Assembly (NCBI GenBank): GCA_041669265.1
Contig: JBAYBM010000004.1
Span: 1,945-65,944, forward strand
Direction: 5' to 3'
DNA: 64,000 nt
DNA from: Bacilli bacterium
GTDB taxonomy: Bacteria; Bacillota_I; Bacilli_A; RFN20; CAG-826
In this document: positions 7,638-18,155 of the stretch, in pieces
Position numbering within the stretch: position 1 is the stretch's first letter
How the letters are laid out: every line of letters starts with the position of its first letter
Made by a program: the position numbers and the translations under genes
The notes under the pieces: generated by a model
Told to the model about the DNA's origin: nothing
The model's database searches: none
What the model saw: only the letters and a program-made list of their open reading frames with translations

Positions 7638-9611
7638 TTACTTATTTTGCTCCCCTTTTAATTCAAACAATATATCTCGTAACTCAATAGCCTTTTCAAA
7701 ATCAAAATCTTTTGCAGCTTGTTTCATTTCTTTTTCGAGTTCAAGTATTCTTTGCTTTGATTCGCTCTTTGTAAGTTTACCCTTAATTTCCTTATCAATT
7801 TCTTTATCAGTTTTATTTCTAATAGGTGGCTTAATTTCTTTAACAATAGTTTCTGGAATAATTCCATTATCCTTATTATATTTATCTTGGATTTCACGAC
7901 GACGATTTGTTTCATCAATACATGTTTGCATAGATTTAGTGATATTATCTGCATACATAACTGCAACACCATTCTTGTTTCTTGCAGCTCTACCAATAAC
8001 TTGAATTAATGCTCTATCACTTCTTAAGAATCCTTCTTTATCAGCGTCTAAAATTCCAACCATACTTACTTCTGGAATATCTAATCCTTCTCTTAATAAA
8101 TTAATACCAACTAATACATCATATTTACCTTTTCTTAATTGATAGATGATTTCACTTCTTTCAAGTGTTTTACATTCAGAGTGCATATATACGGCTTTTA
8201 CGCCTTTTTCTTTTAAAAACTTAGTCAAATCCTCAGCCATTTTAATTGTTAGAGTTACTATCATTACTCTTTCATTACGTAAAACTCTATTATTTATTTC
8301 ATTTAATAAATCATTAATTTGTCCTTCAGAAGGACGAATTAAAATTTGTGGATCTAATAATCCAGTAGGACGAATAATTTGTTCACTAACTTTATTGCCT
8401 GCTTGCTCTAATTCAAAGTCTCCAGGAGTAGCACTTGTACAAATAACATTATTAATTTCACCTAAAAATTCATCAAAATTTAATGGTCTATTATCTAATG
8501 CACTAGGTAAACGGAAACCATAATCTACAAGGTTCTTTTTTCTTGAACGATCTCCATTATACATTCCTCTAATTTGAGGGATACTAACGTGAGACTCATC
8601 AATAAATAGTAAATAATCTTTTGGAAAATAATCTAGTAAACAAAAAGGTTTTTCTCCTTCTTTTCTTCCATCTATATATCGAGCATAATTTTCAATTCCA
8701 GGGCACATTCCAAATTCGCGAAGACTTTCTACATCTTGCCTTGTTCGCATATCAATTCTTTCAGCTTCTAATAATTTACCTTCACTTTTAAATTCAGCTA
8801 CTCTTGATGTTAATTCTTTTAAAATACCATCACATGCCGCCTTAATTCTATCAAAAGTTGATGCATGGTCATAGGCTGGGAAAATAGGATAAGTCTTAAA
8901 TCTTTCAATTACTTCACCAGTTAAAAAATTACATTTTGTAATTGATTCAATTTCATCACCAAATGTATCTATATGAATATAATATTCTTTTGACATAATT
9001 GGCATAATATCAATTGCATCACCTAAGACTCTAAATCTACCAGGAGCAAAATCAATATTGTTCTTTTTATATTGTGCTTCAATTAATCGAGCTAGGAATT
9101 TTTTACGATTTATTTCTTCACCAACTCTAATATCAAATACTAATTTTTTATATTCATCAGGATCAGTTAATCCATATATTGCAGCAACCGAAGCAACAAC
9201 AATTGTATCTCTTCTTTCAAGAATAGAATTGATTGCAGATGTTCTCATCATTTCAATTTCTTCATTCATTACTGCGTTCTTTTCAATATAGGTATCACTT
9301 GATGGAATATATGCCTCTGGTTGATAAAAATCAAAGTTTGAAACAAAATATTCTACTCTATTATTAGGGAACAAAGTTTTAAATTCTTCATAAAGTTGCC
9401 CTGCTAATGTTTTATTAACAACGAGAACTAAAGTTGGTCTTTGAACTTGATTAATAACATTAGCCATACTAAAAGTTTTTCCAGTACCAGTAGCTCCAAG
9501 AAGAACTTGAAATCTTTTATTTTCTTTTAGACCTTCAACTAGTTCTTTAATTGCATTTGGTTGGTCACCAGTGGGTTTATATTTAGATATTAATTCAAAT
9601 TTATTTTCCAT
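7638..9611 (-). CDS. uvrB: Excinuclease ABC subunit B
   Basis: 657 aa. Walker A GATGTGKTF, helicase motifs, and a C-terminal UVR domain (FEKAIELRDILFELK). Confidence 0.97.
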   Translation of the reverse strand: MENKFELISKYKPTGDQPNAIKELVEGLKENKRFQVLLGATGTGKTFSMANVINQVQRPTLVLVVNKTLAGQLYEEFKTLFPNNRVEYFVSNFDFYQPEAYIPSSDTYIEKNAVMNEEIEMMRTSAINSILERRDTIVVASVAAIYGLTDPDEYKKLVFDIRVGEEINRKKFLARLIEAQYKKNNIDFAPGRFRVLGDAIDIMPIMSKEYYIHIDTFGDEIESITKCNFLTGEVIERFKTYPIFPAYDHASTFDRIKAACDGILKELTSRVAEFKSEGKLLEAERIDMRTRQDVESLREFGMCPGIENYARYIDGRKEGEKPFCLLDYFPKDYLLFIDESHVSIPQIRGMYNGDRSRKKNLVDYGFRLPSALDNRPLNFDEFLGEINNVICTSATPGDFELEQAGNKVSEQIIRPTGLLDPQILIRPSEGQINDLLNEINNRVLRNERVMIVTLTIKMAEDLTKFLKEKGVKAVYMHSECKTLERSEIIYQLRKGKYDVLVGINLLREGLDIPEVSMVGILDADKEGFLRSDRALIQVIGRAARNKNGVAVMYADNITKSMQTCIDETNRRREIQDKYNKDNGIIPETIVKEIKPPIRNKTDKEIDKEIKGKLTKSESKQRILELEKEMKQAAKDFDFEKAIELRDILFELKGEQNK

Positions 9612-10650
9612 CTTTTTTAGCTTTCTTTTTTATCTTCTTTGAGAAATCACTAATTGTATTTTCTTTACTAGATGTTAATGGATTCCATCCCTCTCCATTT
9701 ACAGCTTTTGCTTGATAACAAATTACAAATGCTTTTGGATCAATTTGAGCAATTTTATCACGTACTTTAATAAATTCACGAGTAGAGATTGCTAAACGAA
9801 TAACTTTCTTTACATCTTTAGAGTACCCACCAATTGCATTATAAATAGTAGTAGATCTATCTAAATCATGAATAACATAAGAGTTTATTTCTTTATAATT
9901 ATTGGTTGTTATTTCAAGGATTAATCCTCCACCAGTTGCAGTATAACTAACTTCAATCATTACGGCACACATAAAGGCACTGATAATACCTATTAATCCA
10001 CTATAAAATTGAGTGCTATCTTTTTCAACCAAACTAATAACAATCCCTGAAAAGACAATTAAACCATCAAGAGTAAAACTTAATACACTTGTTTTTATAT
10101 TTGTATATTTATTAATAATAAAAACTAAAATATCTAATCCACCAGTAGATCCACCACCATTAAAGGTGACTCCACATCCTAAACCAGCTAAACTTCCACC
10201 AATTACACCGATAACAAGCAATCTTCCTACGTCCATTAATTCAAGATTACTGACAATAATATTTCCATTATTATTAACAATACTCATTCCATCATGAAGT
10301 AATAATGAAATTAAGCCTGTAGCAATATTTGTTCTTAATATTAAAGAAAGAAATATTGGGAAGAATATTGTAGAAATTAAAGTAGATAAAGAAAATTTTA
10401 AACCTAAGAAAATAACTCCTAAAAAGAATAATGACCACATAATAATATATGACCATATATCAACAGTTAAAAATCCAGCACTACTTAATAAAATACTTAT
10501 TCCAGAAATACCACCACTAACAATAGAAAAAGGAACAAGAAAAATACCATCACCTAAAGCGAGTAAAAAAGTACCAAAAAGAATATTTACAATACTCCAA
10601 AATGATTTTAAAACTTTTTTATTTTTTTCTTCTTTAATAGTTTTTACCAT
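9601..10650 (-). CDS. YitT-family membrane protein (DUF2179 C-terminal domain)
   Basis: 349 aa and polytopic. It carries repeated GGx[12 protein letters not shown] motifs and a soluble C-terminal domain typical of YitT. Confidence 0.75.
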   Translation of the reverse strand: MVKTIKEEKNKKVLKSFWSIVNILFGTFLLALGDGIFLVPFSIVSGGISGISILLSSAGFLTVDIWSYIIMWSLFFLGVIFLGLKFSLSTLISTIFFPIFLSLILRTNIATGLISLLLHDGMSIVNNNGNIIVSNLELMDVGRLLVIGVIGGSLAGLGCGVTFNGGGSTGGLDILVFIINKYTNIKTSVLSFTLDGLIVFSGIVISLVEKDSTQFYSGLIGIISAFMCAVMIEVSYTATGGGLILEITTNNYKEINSYVIHDLDRSTTIYNAIGGYSKDVKKVIRLAISTREFIKVRDKIAQIDPKAFVICYQAKAVNGEGWNPLTSSKENTISDFSKKIKKKAKKDGK

Positions 10651-11747
10651 TTTTTACCTCTAACTCTAAATAACTATAGATAAATTCATCAATATCCCCG
10701 TCCATAACTTCGTTAACTTGGGTATTTTCATAATCTGTTCTATTGTCTTTTACTAAAGTATATGGGCAAAAGACATAACTACGAATTTGACTTCCCCATT
10801 CAATAGCACTCTTCTTACCTATTATACCCTCTAATTTTTCTTTTTTTCGTTCAACTTCAAGTTCATATAATTCCGACTTTAACATATTCATGGCAATCTC
10901 TTTGTTTTTAAGTTGAAATCTCTCGATTTGGCAACTGACAACTATGCCAGTAGGAATATGTGTAATACGAACGGCAGTTTCAACCTTGTTAACGTTTTGA
11001 CCACCAGCTCCACCACTTCGATAAGTATCAATTTTTAAATCACTATCTTTAATATCAAGATTCACTGAATTATCAAATTCAGGATAAACATTAACTGAAG
11101 CAAATGAAGTATGTCTTCTTTTGTTTGCATCAAATGGTGAAATTCTAACTAGTCTATGTACACCTTTTTCACCTTTAAGCATTCCATATGCATCTTTACC
11201 TTCAATAAGAATGGTTGCTGATTTTAAGCCTGCTTCTTCGCCTTCTTCAAAATTTATAATTTTATATTTAAAGCCATGCCTTTCAGCAAATCGAGTATAC
11301 ATTCGAAGTAACATATTTGCCCAATCACAAGCTTCAGTTCCACCGGCTCCTGGATGAATTGATAAGAAACAATTTAAATTATCATATTCACCAGAAAACA
11401 AAATTTCTTTCTTTAAAATGGCAATTTCTTTTTCGATTTGAATAAAATTTTCGCTTGCTAACTCTATCATTTCCTCATCGGAATCAGACAAAGTAGTTAT
11501 TAATTCATTTAAATCATCTACTTCTTTTTTAAGTTTACGAAAAGTATTTAAATGACTAGAAATTTCATTTTTATATTCTATTTTTTTATTAGCTTCTCGA
11601 ATATTATCCCAAAAATGTTCATCGAGAGCTTCTTCATCAATTGTTTTTATTTCGCTTTCAATTTTAGCGACATCAAAGGGATTTACCAAGCTGAACAATA
11701 TTATCGTTAGCTGTATTTAATCCTTCCTTAAGTAAATATAATTCCAT
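10634..11747 (-). CDS. prfB: Peptide chain release factor 2, with programmed +1 frameshift (join 11747..11676, 11674..10634)
   Basis: SD AGGAGA, then ATG at 11747. The 0-frame [24 protein letters not shown] ends at CTT TGA T (TGA at 11675..11673). The +1 frame continues DVAKIESEI... and contains SPF and GGQ motifs. Confidence 0.93.
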
Positions 11748-11756
11748 AATTATCTC

Positions 11757-14303
11757 CTAGTTAGTGTGTACATCTTCACTCTTAAATTCAGGAGCAGCAG
11801 TTTTTTCTTTATCAATATCAGAAATATCAAGATTTTTTGTAGATTTAACAACTTTTGCTTTATCTTCTGGAATCTTTTCAACTACTGGAGCAGCAGTTGG
11901 GGTTTTTGTTGTATCAACAGCAAACTTCCCACCGACCTTTTTAGCTTCTTCTGTTTCAACAGGTTGAATTTGTATATTCATTAAATTTAAAACAACTTCA
12001 AGAGCAATCGTTTCAAGCATTTCTCTGAACATTCCCCAACCTTCATTAACATAATCTTGAAGAGGGTTAATTTGACCATAACTTCTTAAAGAAACAGATT
12101 CTCTAAATCTAGACATATTATCAATTTGTTGTGTCCAATTACGATCAATAATAGTTAATGTTAATTGTCTTTCAATTCTATTAGCAGTTTCTTTATCCCA
12201 TTCTTTTTTACGTTTTAAATAGGCATCAAGTAAAATACCACCTAAATCTTCTCCAACATCGGTGACATTTGCTTCATCATAAAGTCTTGCATCAATTGAA
12301 CCTTCTGGTAAAAATCTAGGTTCAATAGTTTTCTTTAATAAAGCTCCTGAAATAACATCCTTATTTTGAGCATCTTCAGGAATACTTCTTTTAGCAATTG
12401 CTTTTCCACAATCATTAAATGTCTCAATTAATAATTCAGCAATACTTTCTGCATATAAAATTTTATCTCTTTTTGCATACATAATTGCTCTTTGCTTACT
12501 TAAAACATCATCATAATCAAGTAAACTCTTACGAACATCAAAGTTTTGACCTTCAATACGTTTTTGAGCTCCACTAATTGCATTTGTTAACATTCTAGAT
12601 TCAATTGGTTCATCACCAAATTTCTCGAATGTTTTCTTTAAATTATCATTAGCAAAACGAACCATAAGTTCATCATCTAAAGATACATAGAATCTTGAGA
12701 AACCAGGATCACCTTGACGACCACTACGACCACGTAATTGATTATCAATACGACGTGATTCATGTCTTTCAAGTCCAAAAACAGCTAAGCCTCCTAAGGC
12801 TCTAGTTTTATCAGTTAATTTAATATCGGTTCCTCTTCCTGCCATGTTAGTAGCAAGAGTAATATGTCCAACTTCACCAGCTCTAGCAACAATTTCAGCT
12901 TCAGAAGCATGGTTTTTAGCATTGATCATTTCATAAGGTAATTTTGCTTGGTCTAAATGAACAGCAACCCATTCACTTGCTTCAACTGATGGTGTACCAA
13001 TAAGAATTGGCTGACCTTTTTCATGTCTAGCAGCGACTTCTTTAACTAAGGCTTTAATCTTTGCTTCTTTATTAGCAAATACATAATCTGTTGCATCATT
13101 ACGTTGAATTGGTCTATTTGTAGGAATACAAACAACGTTCATATTATAAATTTTTCTAAATTCTTCTTCTTCAGTTTTTGCAGTACCAGTCATACCACCA
13201 ATTTTCTTAAACAATCTAAAGAAGTTTTGGTAAGTAATTGTAGCAAGAGTTGTTGTCTCTTCCTTAATTTTTACACCTTCTTTAGCTTGAATAGCTTGTT
13301 GTAAACCATCACTATATTCACGACCTTTAAGAACACGTCCAGTAAATTGATCAATTAATTGAATTTCATTTTCTGTATCAACAAGATATTCAACATCTCT
13401 TGTCATGATGTAGTTAGCCTTTAATGCTTGAGAAATTCTATGAACTAATTCTTGATACTGTGGTCCATAAAGATTTGCAATACCAAACATTTGTTCAGCT
13501 TTTGTAATTCCGTTATCAGTTAAATTAACAGTCTTTGTTTTAACATCAACTGTAAAATCACCATCTTTTTTAAGCATTTTAACAAATCTATCAGCAACGT
13601 TATATTGAGAAACAGTTGCTTTTTTACCACCAGAAATAATAAGTGGAGTTCTTGATTCATCAATTAAAATTGAATCTGCTTCATCAATAACTGCAAAATT
13701 TAATCCACGAAGAACTCTTCTATCAACTGATGGAGCCATATTATCACGAAGATAATCGAAACCTAATTCAGAGTTAATAGTATATGTGACATCACACTTA
13801 TGAGCTTCTTTCTTTTCTTCAACTGTTAAAGAGTGTAAGTTAACACCAACTGTTAATCCTAAGAAACGATAAATTTGACCCATCCAATTAGCATCACGAG
13901 TTGCTAAGTATTCATTAACGGTAACTACGTAAACACCTTTTTCACTAAGACCATTTAAATAAACAGCCATTGTACAAGTTAAAGTTTTACCTTCGCCTGT
14001 TTTCATTTCAGCAATTTCGCCATCATTTAAAACTAATGAACCAATAATTTGGACTTCAAAAGGGAATTGATGTAAAACACGTTTTGCAGCTTCTCTACAA
14101 ACAGCAAAAGCTTCTATTTTTATATCTTCCAAGGATTTTCCTTGTTTTAATAAATCTCTAAAATAAGGCGTTTTTGCCTTTAATTGATCATCACTTAAGG
14201 CGGCAATTTCCGACTCTAAAGCCATGACCCTCTTTGCTTGTCTAGTATATTTTTTGAGTGCTCTTTGGTCAACTCTAAATACTTTTTCAATAAAATTACT
14301 CAT
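11757..14303 (-). CDS. secA: Preprotein translocase ATPase SecA
   Basis: 848 aa. Motifs MKTGEGKTL, VIDEADSILIDE, TNMAGRGTDI. Confidence 0.97.
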   Translation of the reverse strand: MSNFIEKVFRVDQRALKKYTRQAKRVMALESEIAALSDDQLKAKTPYFRDLLKQGKSLEDIKIEAFAVCREAAKRVLHQFPFEVQIIGSLVLNDGEIAEMKTGEGKTLTCTMAVYLNGLSEKGVYVVTVNEYLATRDANWMGQIYRFLGLTVGVNLHSLTVEEKKEAHKCDVTYTINSELGFDYLRDNMAPSVDRRVLRGLNFAVIDEADSILIDESRTPLIISGGKKATVSQYNVADRFVKMLKKDGDFTVDVKTKTVNLTDNGITKAEQMFGIANLYGPQYQELVHRISQALKANYIMTRDVEYLVDTENEIQLIDQFTGRVLKGREYSDGLQQAIQAKEGVKIKEETTTLATITYQNFFRLFKKIGGMTGTAKTEEEEFRKIYNMNVVCIPTNRPIQRNDATDYVFANKEAKIKALVKEVAARHEKGQPILIGTPSVEASEWVAVHLDQAKLPYEMINAKNHASEAEIVARAGEVGHITLATNMAGRGTDIKLTDKTRALGGLAVFGLERHESRRIDNQLRGRSGRQGDPGFSRFYVSLDDELMVRFANDNLKKTFEKFGDEPIESRMLTNAISGAQKRIEGQNFDVRKSLLDYDDVLSKQRAIMYAKRDKILYAESIAELLIETFNDCGKAIAKRSIPEDAQNKDVISGALLKKTIEPRFLPEGSIDARLYDEANVTDVGEDLGGILLDAYLKRKKEWDKETANRIERQLTLTIIDRNWTQQIDNMSRFRESVSLRSYGQINPLQDYVNEGWGMFREMLETIALEVVLNLMNIQIQPVETEEAKKVGGKFAVDTTKTPTAAPVVEKIPEDKAKVVKSTKNLDISDIDKEKTAAPEFKSEDVHTN

Positions 14304-14362
14304 AACATCTCTCCTAAAAATATCTTTTTAATTTTACCATTATAAATAATGGTATACAAACA

Positions 14363-15064
14363 TTATTTGAGCACCTTTTTGCTTAAAGAATATTCCTTAA
14401 TCTCTTCGTTTGTTAATTCTCTTTTTGCTATAACTAAAATCCTAATTTTTTTTGGATTATGTTGTTTTATTAAATTAATTGCAGCTTTTAAACTTGCTCC
14501 TGTTGTGCAAACATCATCAACAAGCAATATCTTTTTTCCTTCAATTTCAATTTTTTTGTTCCAAACAAAACACTTATGAATATCTTGTCTTTGTTCATAA
14601 TTTAATTCTTTTTGTTTTATGTTTTCTGTTTTAATAATGGCGTTCAAAAATTTCAGATTCAAACATTTAAAAGCTTCAATAACATGGTTATATCCTCTTT
14701 TTTTATCGTCTTCTTCGTATGATGGTATTGGAATTATAGTATATTGTGAAAACAAAATTTTAAGTTCTAAACGAAATGGATAAATAAAATAATCTTTCAT
14801 CTCGTAATCTTCACATCCTTTGTAAAGATACATTTTGGTTTTCATGTGTTCATCATAATCATAAACTGATAATGCCTTTACGCCATTTATATCAAAATAT
14901 TTAAATTTTGGATTGGCCTCTAAAATACATTTTGAACATACATAATTTTGTGAAGAAAATAACTCGTGGAAGGAGTTTTGTTTGATATCTTTAAAGCAAG
15001 ACTTACAAACATCTTTTCTTTCACCTAAAAACATAAGACTTGTTTCAATACTAAATAGCTTCAT
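14363..15064 (-). CDS. comFC: ComF-family phosphoribosyltransferase-like protein (ComFC)
   Basis: N-terminal Cys pairs (CKSC...CSKC) and a C-terminal PRTase loop (LLVDDVCTTGASL). It overlaps the comFA end. Confidence 0.85.
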   Translation of the reverse strand: MKLFSIETSLMFLGERKDVCKSCFKDIKQNSFHELFSSQNYVCSKCILEANPKFKYFDINGVKALSVYDYDEHMKTKMYLYKGCEDYEMKDYFIYPFRLELKILFSQYTIIPIPSYEEDDKKRGYNHVIEAFKCLNLKFLNAIIKTENIKQKELNYEQRQDIHKCFVWNKKIEIEGKKILLVDDVCTTGASLKAAINLIKQHNPKKIRILVIAKRELTNEEIKEYSLSKKVLK

Positions 15065-16208
15065 TTTTTAAATGTTTATTTGCCTCTTCTAGTGTATTAA
15101 TAGCTTCTTTCATATCGTTTGTTTCTTTTGAGCAAAGAAAGATTACATCTCCTTTCGGGGCGTCTTTAATTCTTCCTACACGACCGGATATTTGTATTAA
15201 GCTACTCGAATTATAAATCTCATCATCTGAATGATAGATTATAACTTGTAGGTTCTTTAAAGTAACGCCCCTTTCTAATATTGCAGTAGTAACTAAAAAT
15301 GAATATTTCTTTTTTCGGAATTCCTCTATTATTTGACCTCTATTTTTCTTCTTTGAATGAACACATTCCCCACCTTTAACAAAGTAATTTATAAACTTAA
15401 ATATTGCTTCAGTTTCATAAATAGTTGGAGCAAATACCAAGCATGGTTTTTGTTCTTTTTTATATAGCTTTAATTGTTTAATTAAATATAATTTCATATC
15501 AAATCCCCACTCTTTTTTAATTTTAGGTATTGGAATAGGGTTCAAATGATATCTTGTAAATAGTTTGACAATTGAAGATTTTTCGTTTGAAAATTCTTTA
15601 ATTATTGTCTTTGATGGAGTTGCAGACATAAAAACATAATTTCCTTTTATGCTTCGTTTAAACATCTCAATAAGTACTGGATTATCTTTATAAGGAAAGG
15701 CATCAATTTCATCCATTATGAGCAAATCAAAATACTTTTCATAACGGTATAATTGATGAGTTGTTAAAACAATAATGTCTCCATTTAATTCGTTTGTGTT
15801 TCCTCCATATAAACCAATTACTTTATTATTTTTAAAAGTATTTTTTAATCTATTTGCAAGCTCTATAACAACATCTTTTCTAGGAATAGCAAAACCAACT
15901 TGCATATTATTTTGTAATGCAAATTCAATAACTTTAAACACTAATTCTGTTTTACCTGCCCCACAAACTGCATAGACTAAAGTGTTTTTCTTGCTTTTAA
16001 AATTCTCAAGTATTTCATTAGCAATTCTTATTTGATCATTAGATAAAGGATATTTAATTACGCCCTTAGATTCCTCTCCTAAGACATAACTTCTTTCGCT
16101 TGCAGGTTCACCACAAAAAGAAATACACCTTCTACAATAAGGGATATTATTTTTGTAACCGATATATTTCTTATCAGTATTTTTACAGATGGGGCAAATA
16201 AAAACGAT
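15051..16208 (-). CDS. comFA: ComFA-type DEAD-box helicase (competence/DNA uptake ATPase)
   Basis: The canonical-start ORF is only 15051..15941. The same frame stays open to a TAA at 16211..16209. That upstream part encodes a 4-Cys zinc module (ICPICKN...YCRRCISFCG) and the Walker A (AVCGAGKTE). GGAGG lies 8 nt before an ATC at 16208. Further motifs: MDEIDAF, MSATP. Confidence 0.8.
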   Translation of the reverse strand: MVFICPICKNTDKKYIGYKNNIPYCRRCISFCGEPASERSYVLGEESKGVIKYPLSNDQIRIANEILENFKSKKNTLVYAVCGAGKTELVFKVIEFALQNNMQVGFAIPRKDVVIELANRLKNTFKNNKVIGLYGGNTNELNGDIIVLTTHQLYRYEKYFDLLIMDEIDAFPYKDNPVLIEMFKRSIKGNYVFMSATPSKTIIKEFSNEKSSIVKLFTRYHLNPIPIPKIKKEWGFDMKLYLIKQLKLYKKEQKPCLVFAPTIYETEAIFKFINYFVKGGECVHSKKKNRGQIIEEFRKKKYSFLVTTAILERGVTLKNLQVIIYHSDDEIYNSSSLIQISGRVGRIKDAPKGDVIFLCSKETNDMKEAINTLEEANKHLKNEAI

Positions 16209-16257
16209 TTATAGTACCTCCTATATAACAAGAAGTAAGTAAATCGTTTTTCTATAA

Positions 16258-16695
16258 TTATTTTTCTTCGTTAATTATTGTATTAACACGAACACAATGC
16301 CTTCCGCCCTCAAAATCAGTATGTAAGAAAATATTAACTCTACGAATAATATCATCAACATTCATGAATTTAGCCCCAAATGCTATCATATTTGCATCAT
16401 TATGTTGTCTCAATAATCTTGATACATCATCGTTATATCCAATACCACAACGTATACCTTTTACTTTGTTTGCAGCAATAGAAATTCCTTCTCCACTACT
16501 ACAAATCAAAACTCCAAAATCACATTCTTTATCAGCTACAAGTTTAGCAGCGGCAATTCCAAATTCAGCATAATTACAACTTTCTGTAGAATTTGTTCCT
16601 ACATCAACTACTTCATAATCATTCTTAATTAGATATTTCTTAACTGCTTCTTTAGCAACAAATCCACCATGATCACAACCTAATGAAATCTTCAT
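16258..16695 (-). CDS. rpiB: Ribose-5-phosphate isomerase B (RpiB/LacAB family)
   Basis: 145 aa with GCDHGG and CSSGEGISIAANK blocks. Confidence 0.9.
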   Translation of the reverse strand: MKISLGCDHGGFVAKEAVKKYLIKNDYEVVDVGTNSTESCNYAEFGIAAAKLVADKECDFGVLICSSGEGISIAANKVKGIRCGIGYNDDVSRLLRQHNDANMIAFGAKFMNVDDIIRRVNIFLHTDFEGGRHCVRVNTIINEEK

Positions 16696-16696
16696 A

Positions 16697-17293
16697 TTAT
16701 AATGCCTCCTCTAATTGCTTTAAAGATATTGGCCCTTCCCTAAAAACTGTTATTTTCCCATCACATACTTTTGCAACAGTTGAAGGAACACCACCTAAAC
16801 AATTACCTATTACTACACCATCTATTTTACCATTAAATTCTTTAATAACGGAATCACTATCTACACAAGGCTCTTTTCCTGAGACATTGCAGCTTGGAAC
16901 AAATAGTGGTTTACCAACCTTATTAATAACATCTAACACAAAATTATCTGCAGGCATTCTAATTCCAACAAATCCAGTATTTAAGTCATAAAATGAAGGC
17001 ACTTTTTTGGTTGGAAGAATCAAAGTTAAAGGACCAGGCATAAATTTTTTAATTAACTTTCTGGAAATTTCGTCAAATTCTATAAACTCTTCCACCTGAT
17101 TAATATTACTAAACATTAAAGTAAAAGGCTTATTACTTGGTCTTTCTTTAATAGCAACCAAATGATCAAAATTTGCTTTATTACTAGCAATAACACCTAA
17201 ACCAAAAACCGTTTCTGTTGGAAACGCTATAACCTTACTATTTTTAAACATTTCAGCAACTTTATTTACATCACTTTTTGTTAAAATTTCCAT
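16697..17293 (-). CDS. tsaC: L-threonylcarbamoyladenylate synthase (YrdC/Sua5/YwlC family)
   Basis: FPTETVFGLG block. The start is chosen at the ATG at 17293 because SD AGGGGA lies 7 nt upstream. The longer ORF to 17374 overlaps prmC. Confidence 0.85.
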   Translation of the reverse strand: MEILTKSDVNKVAEMFKNSKVIAFPTETVFGLGVIASNKANFDHLVAIKERPSNKPFTLMFSNINQVEEFIEFDEISRKLIKKFMPGPLTLILPTKKVPSFYDLNTGFVGIRMPADNFVLDVINKVGKPLFVPSCNVSGKEPCVDSDSVIKEFNGKIDGVVIGNCLGGVPSTVAKVCDGKITVFREGPISLKQLEEAL

Positions 17294-18155
17294 ACTTATA
17301 TCCCCTAAAGATAAAAAGAAATCTTGTTTTGCCATAAAAATCTTTTTCGAACTTATATGATATGCTTTCTTCATTGAAATATTTCTTAATTAGTTTTGTA
17401 AGAACCGTTTCTTGATCATAGTTTATTTCAAATGCCATCATGAATTTTTCATTCATAATATTTTCATAAACTTTGAAAAAATTTTCATAAAAGTAAGTTC
17501 CGTTTTTAATATATACAGCGTGCATCGGTTCATTTTCACTTACATTTTTTTCAATATCATTTAAATTTTCAATATAAGGAGGATTTGAAACTAATACATC
17601 AAGTTTTATTTTACGCTCAATAAATGGTTTTAATAAAGACCCTTTAAAAAATTCAACATCTAAATTCAATGCATCTTTATTTTTAATTGCAGTATTAAGT
17701 GTTTTTATATATTTATCACTTCCATATACTTTGCTATCTTTAAAATTGTTTTTTAATGATAAAGCAATACATCCGCTTCCAGTACACACATCACCTATAT
17801 TGTTATGTAAAATATTATTTTCATTAATTATTTTTATTATCTTATTAACAAGTTCTTCTGTTTCTGGTCTTGGGATTAGTGTATTTTTATTAACATTTAT
17901 TCTCAACCCACAAAAATCTTCATATCCAATAACATATTGTATTGGTTTTCCAGCTCCTATTTCTCTTATTTTTTTTAAAAAAGAGATGGGATTTGCTATA
18001 GTTTTATCAAAATTCAATACTAATTCAGTATAATTTTTAAAGTTATTAATAGATATCAAAAGTAAATAAATTTCTTCGTCATTAATCTTAAATTTATTAT
18101 CTTTTATAATTTTTTTTGCTTTGAAAAAAGATTCTCTATTAGTTAAAGATTGCAT
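17271..18155 (-). CDS. prmC: Release factor glutamine N5-methyltransferase
   Basis: SAM motif DVCTGSGCI and NPPY motif (VSNPPYI). There is a 1-nt TAATG overlap with prfA. Confidence 0.92.
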   Translation of the reverse strand: MQSLTNRESFFKAKKIIKDNKFKINDEEIYLLLISINNFKNYTELVLNFDKTIANPISFLKKIREIGAGKPIQYVIGYEDFCGLRINVNKNTLIPRPETEELVNKIIKIINENNILHNNIGDVCTGSGCIALSLKNNFKDSKVYGSDKYIKTLNTAIKNKDALNLDVEFFKGSLLKPFIERKIKLDVLVSNPPYIENLNDIEKNVSENEPMHAVYIKNGTYFYENFFKVYENIMNEKFMMAFEINYDQETVLTKLIKKYFNEESISYKFEKDFYGKTRFLFIFRGYKYGNFNKK

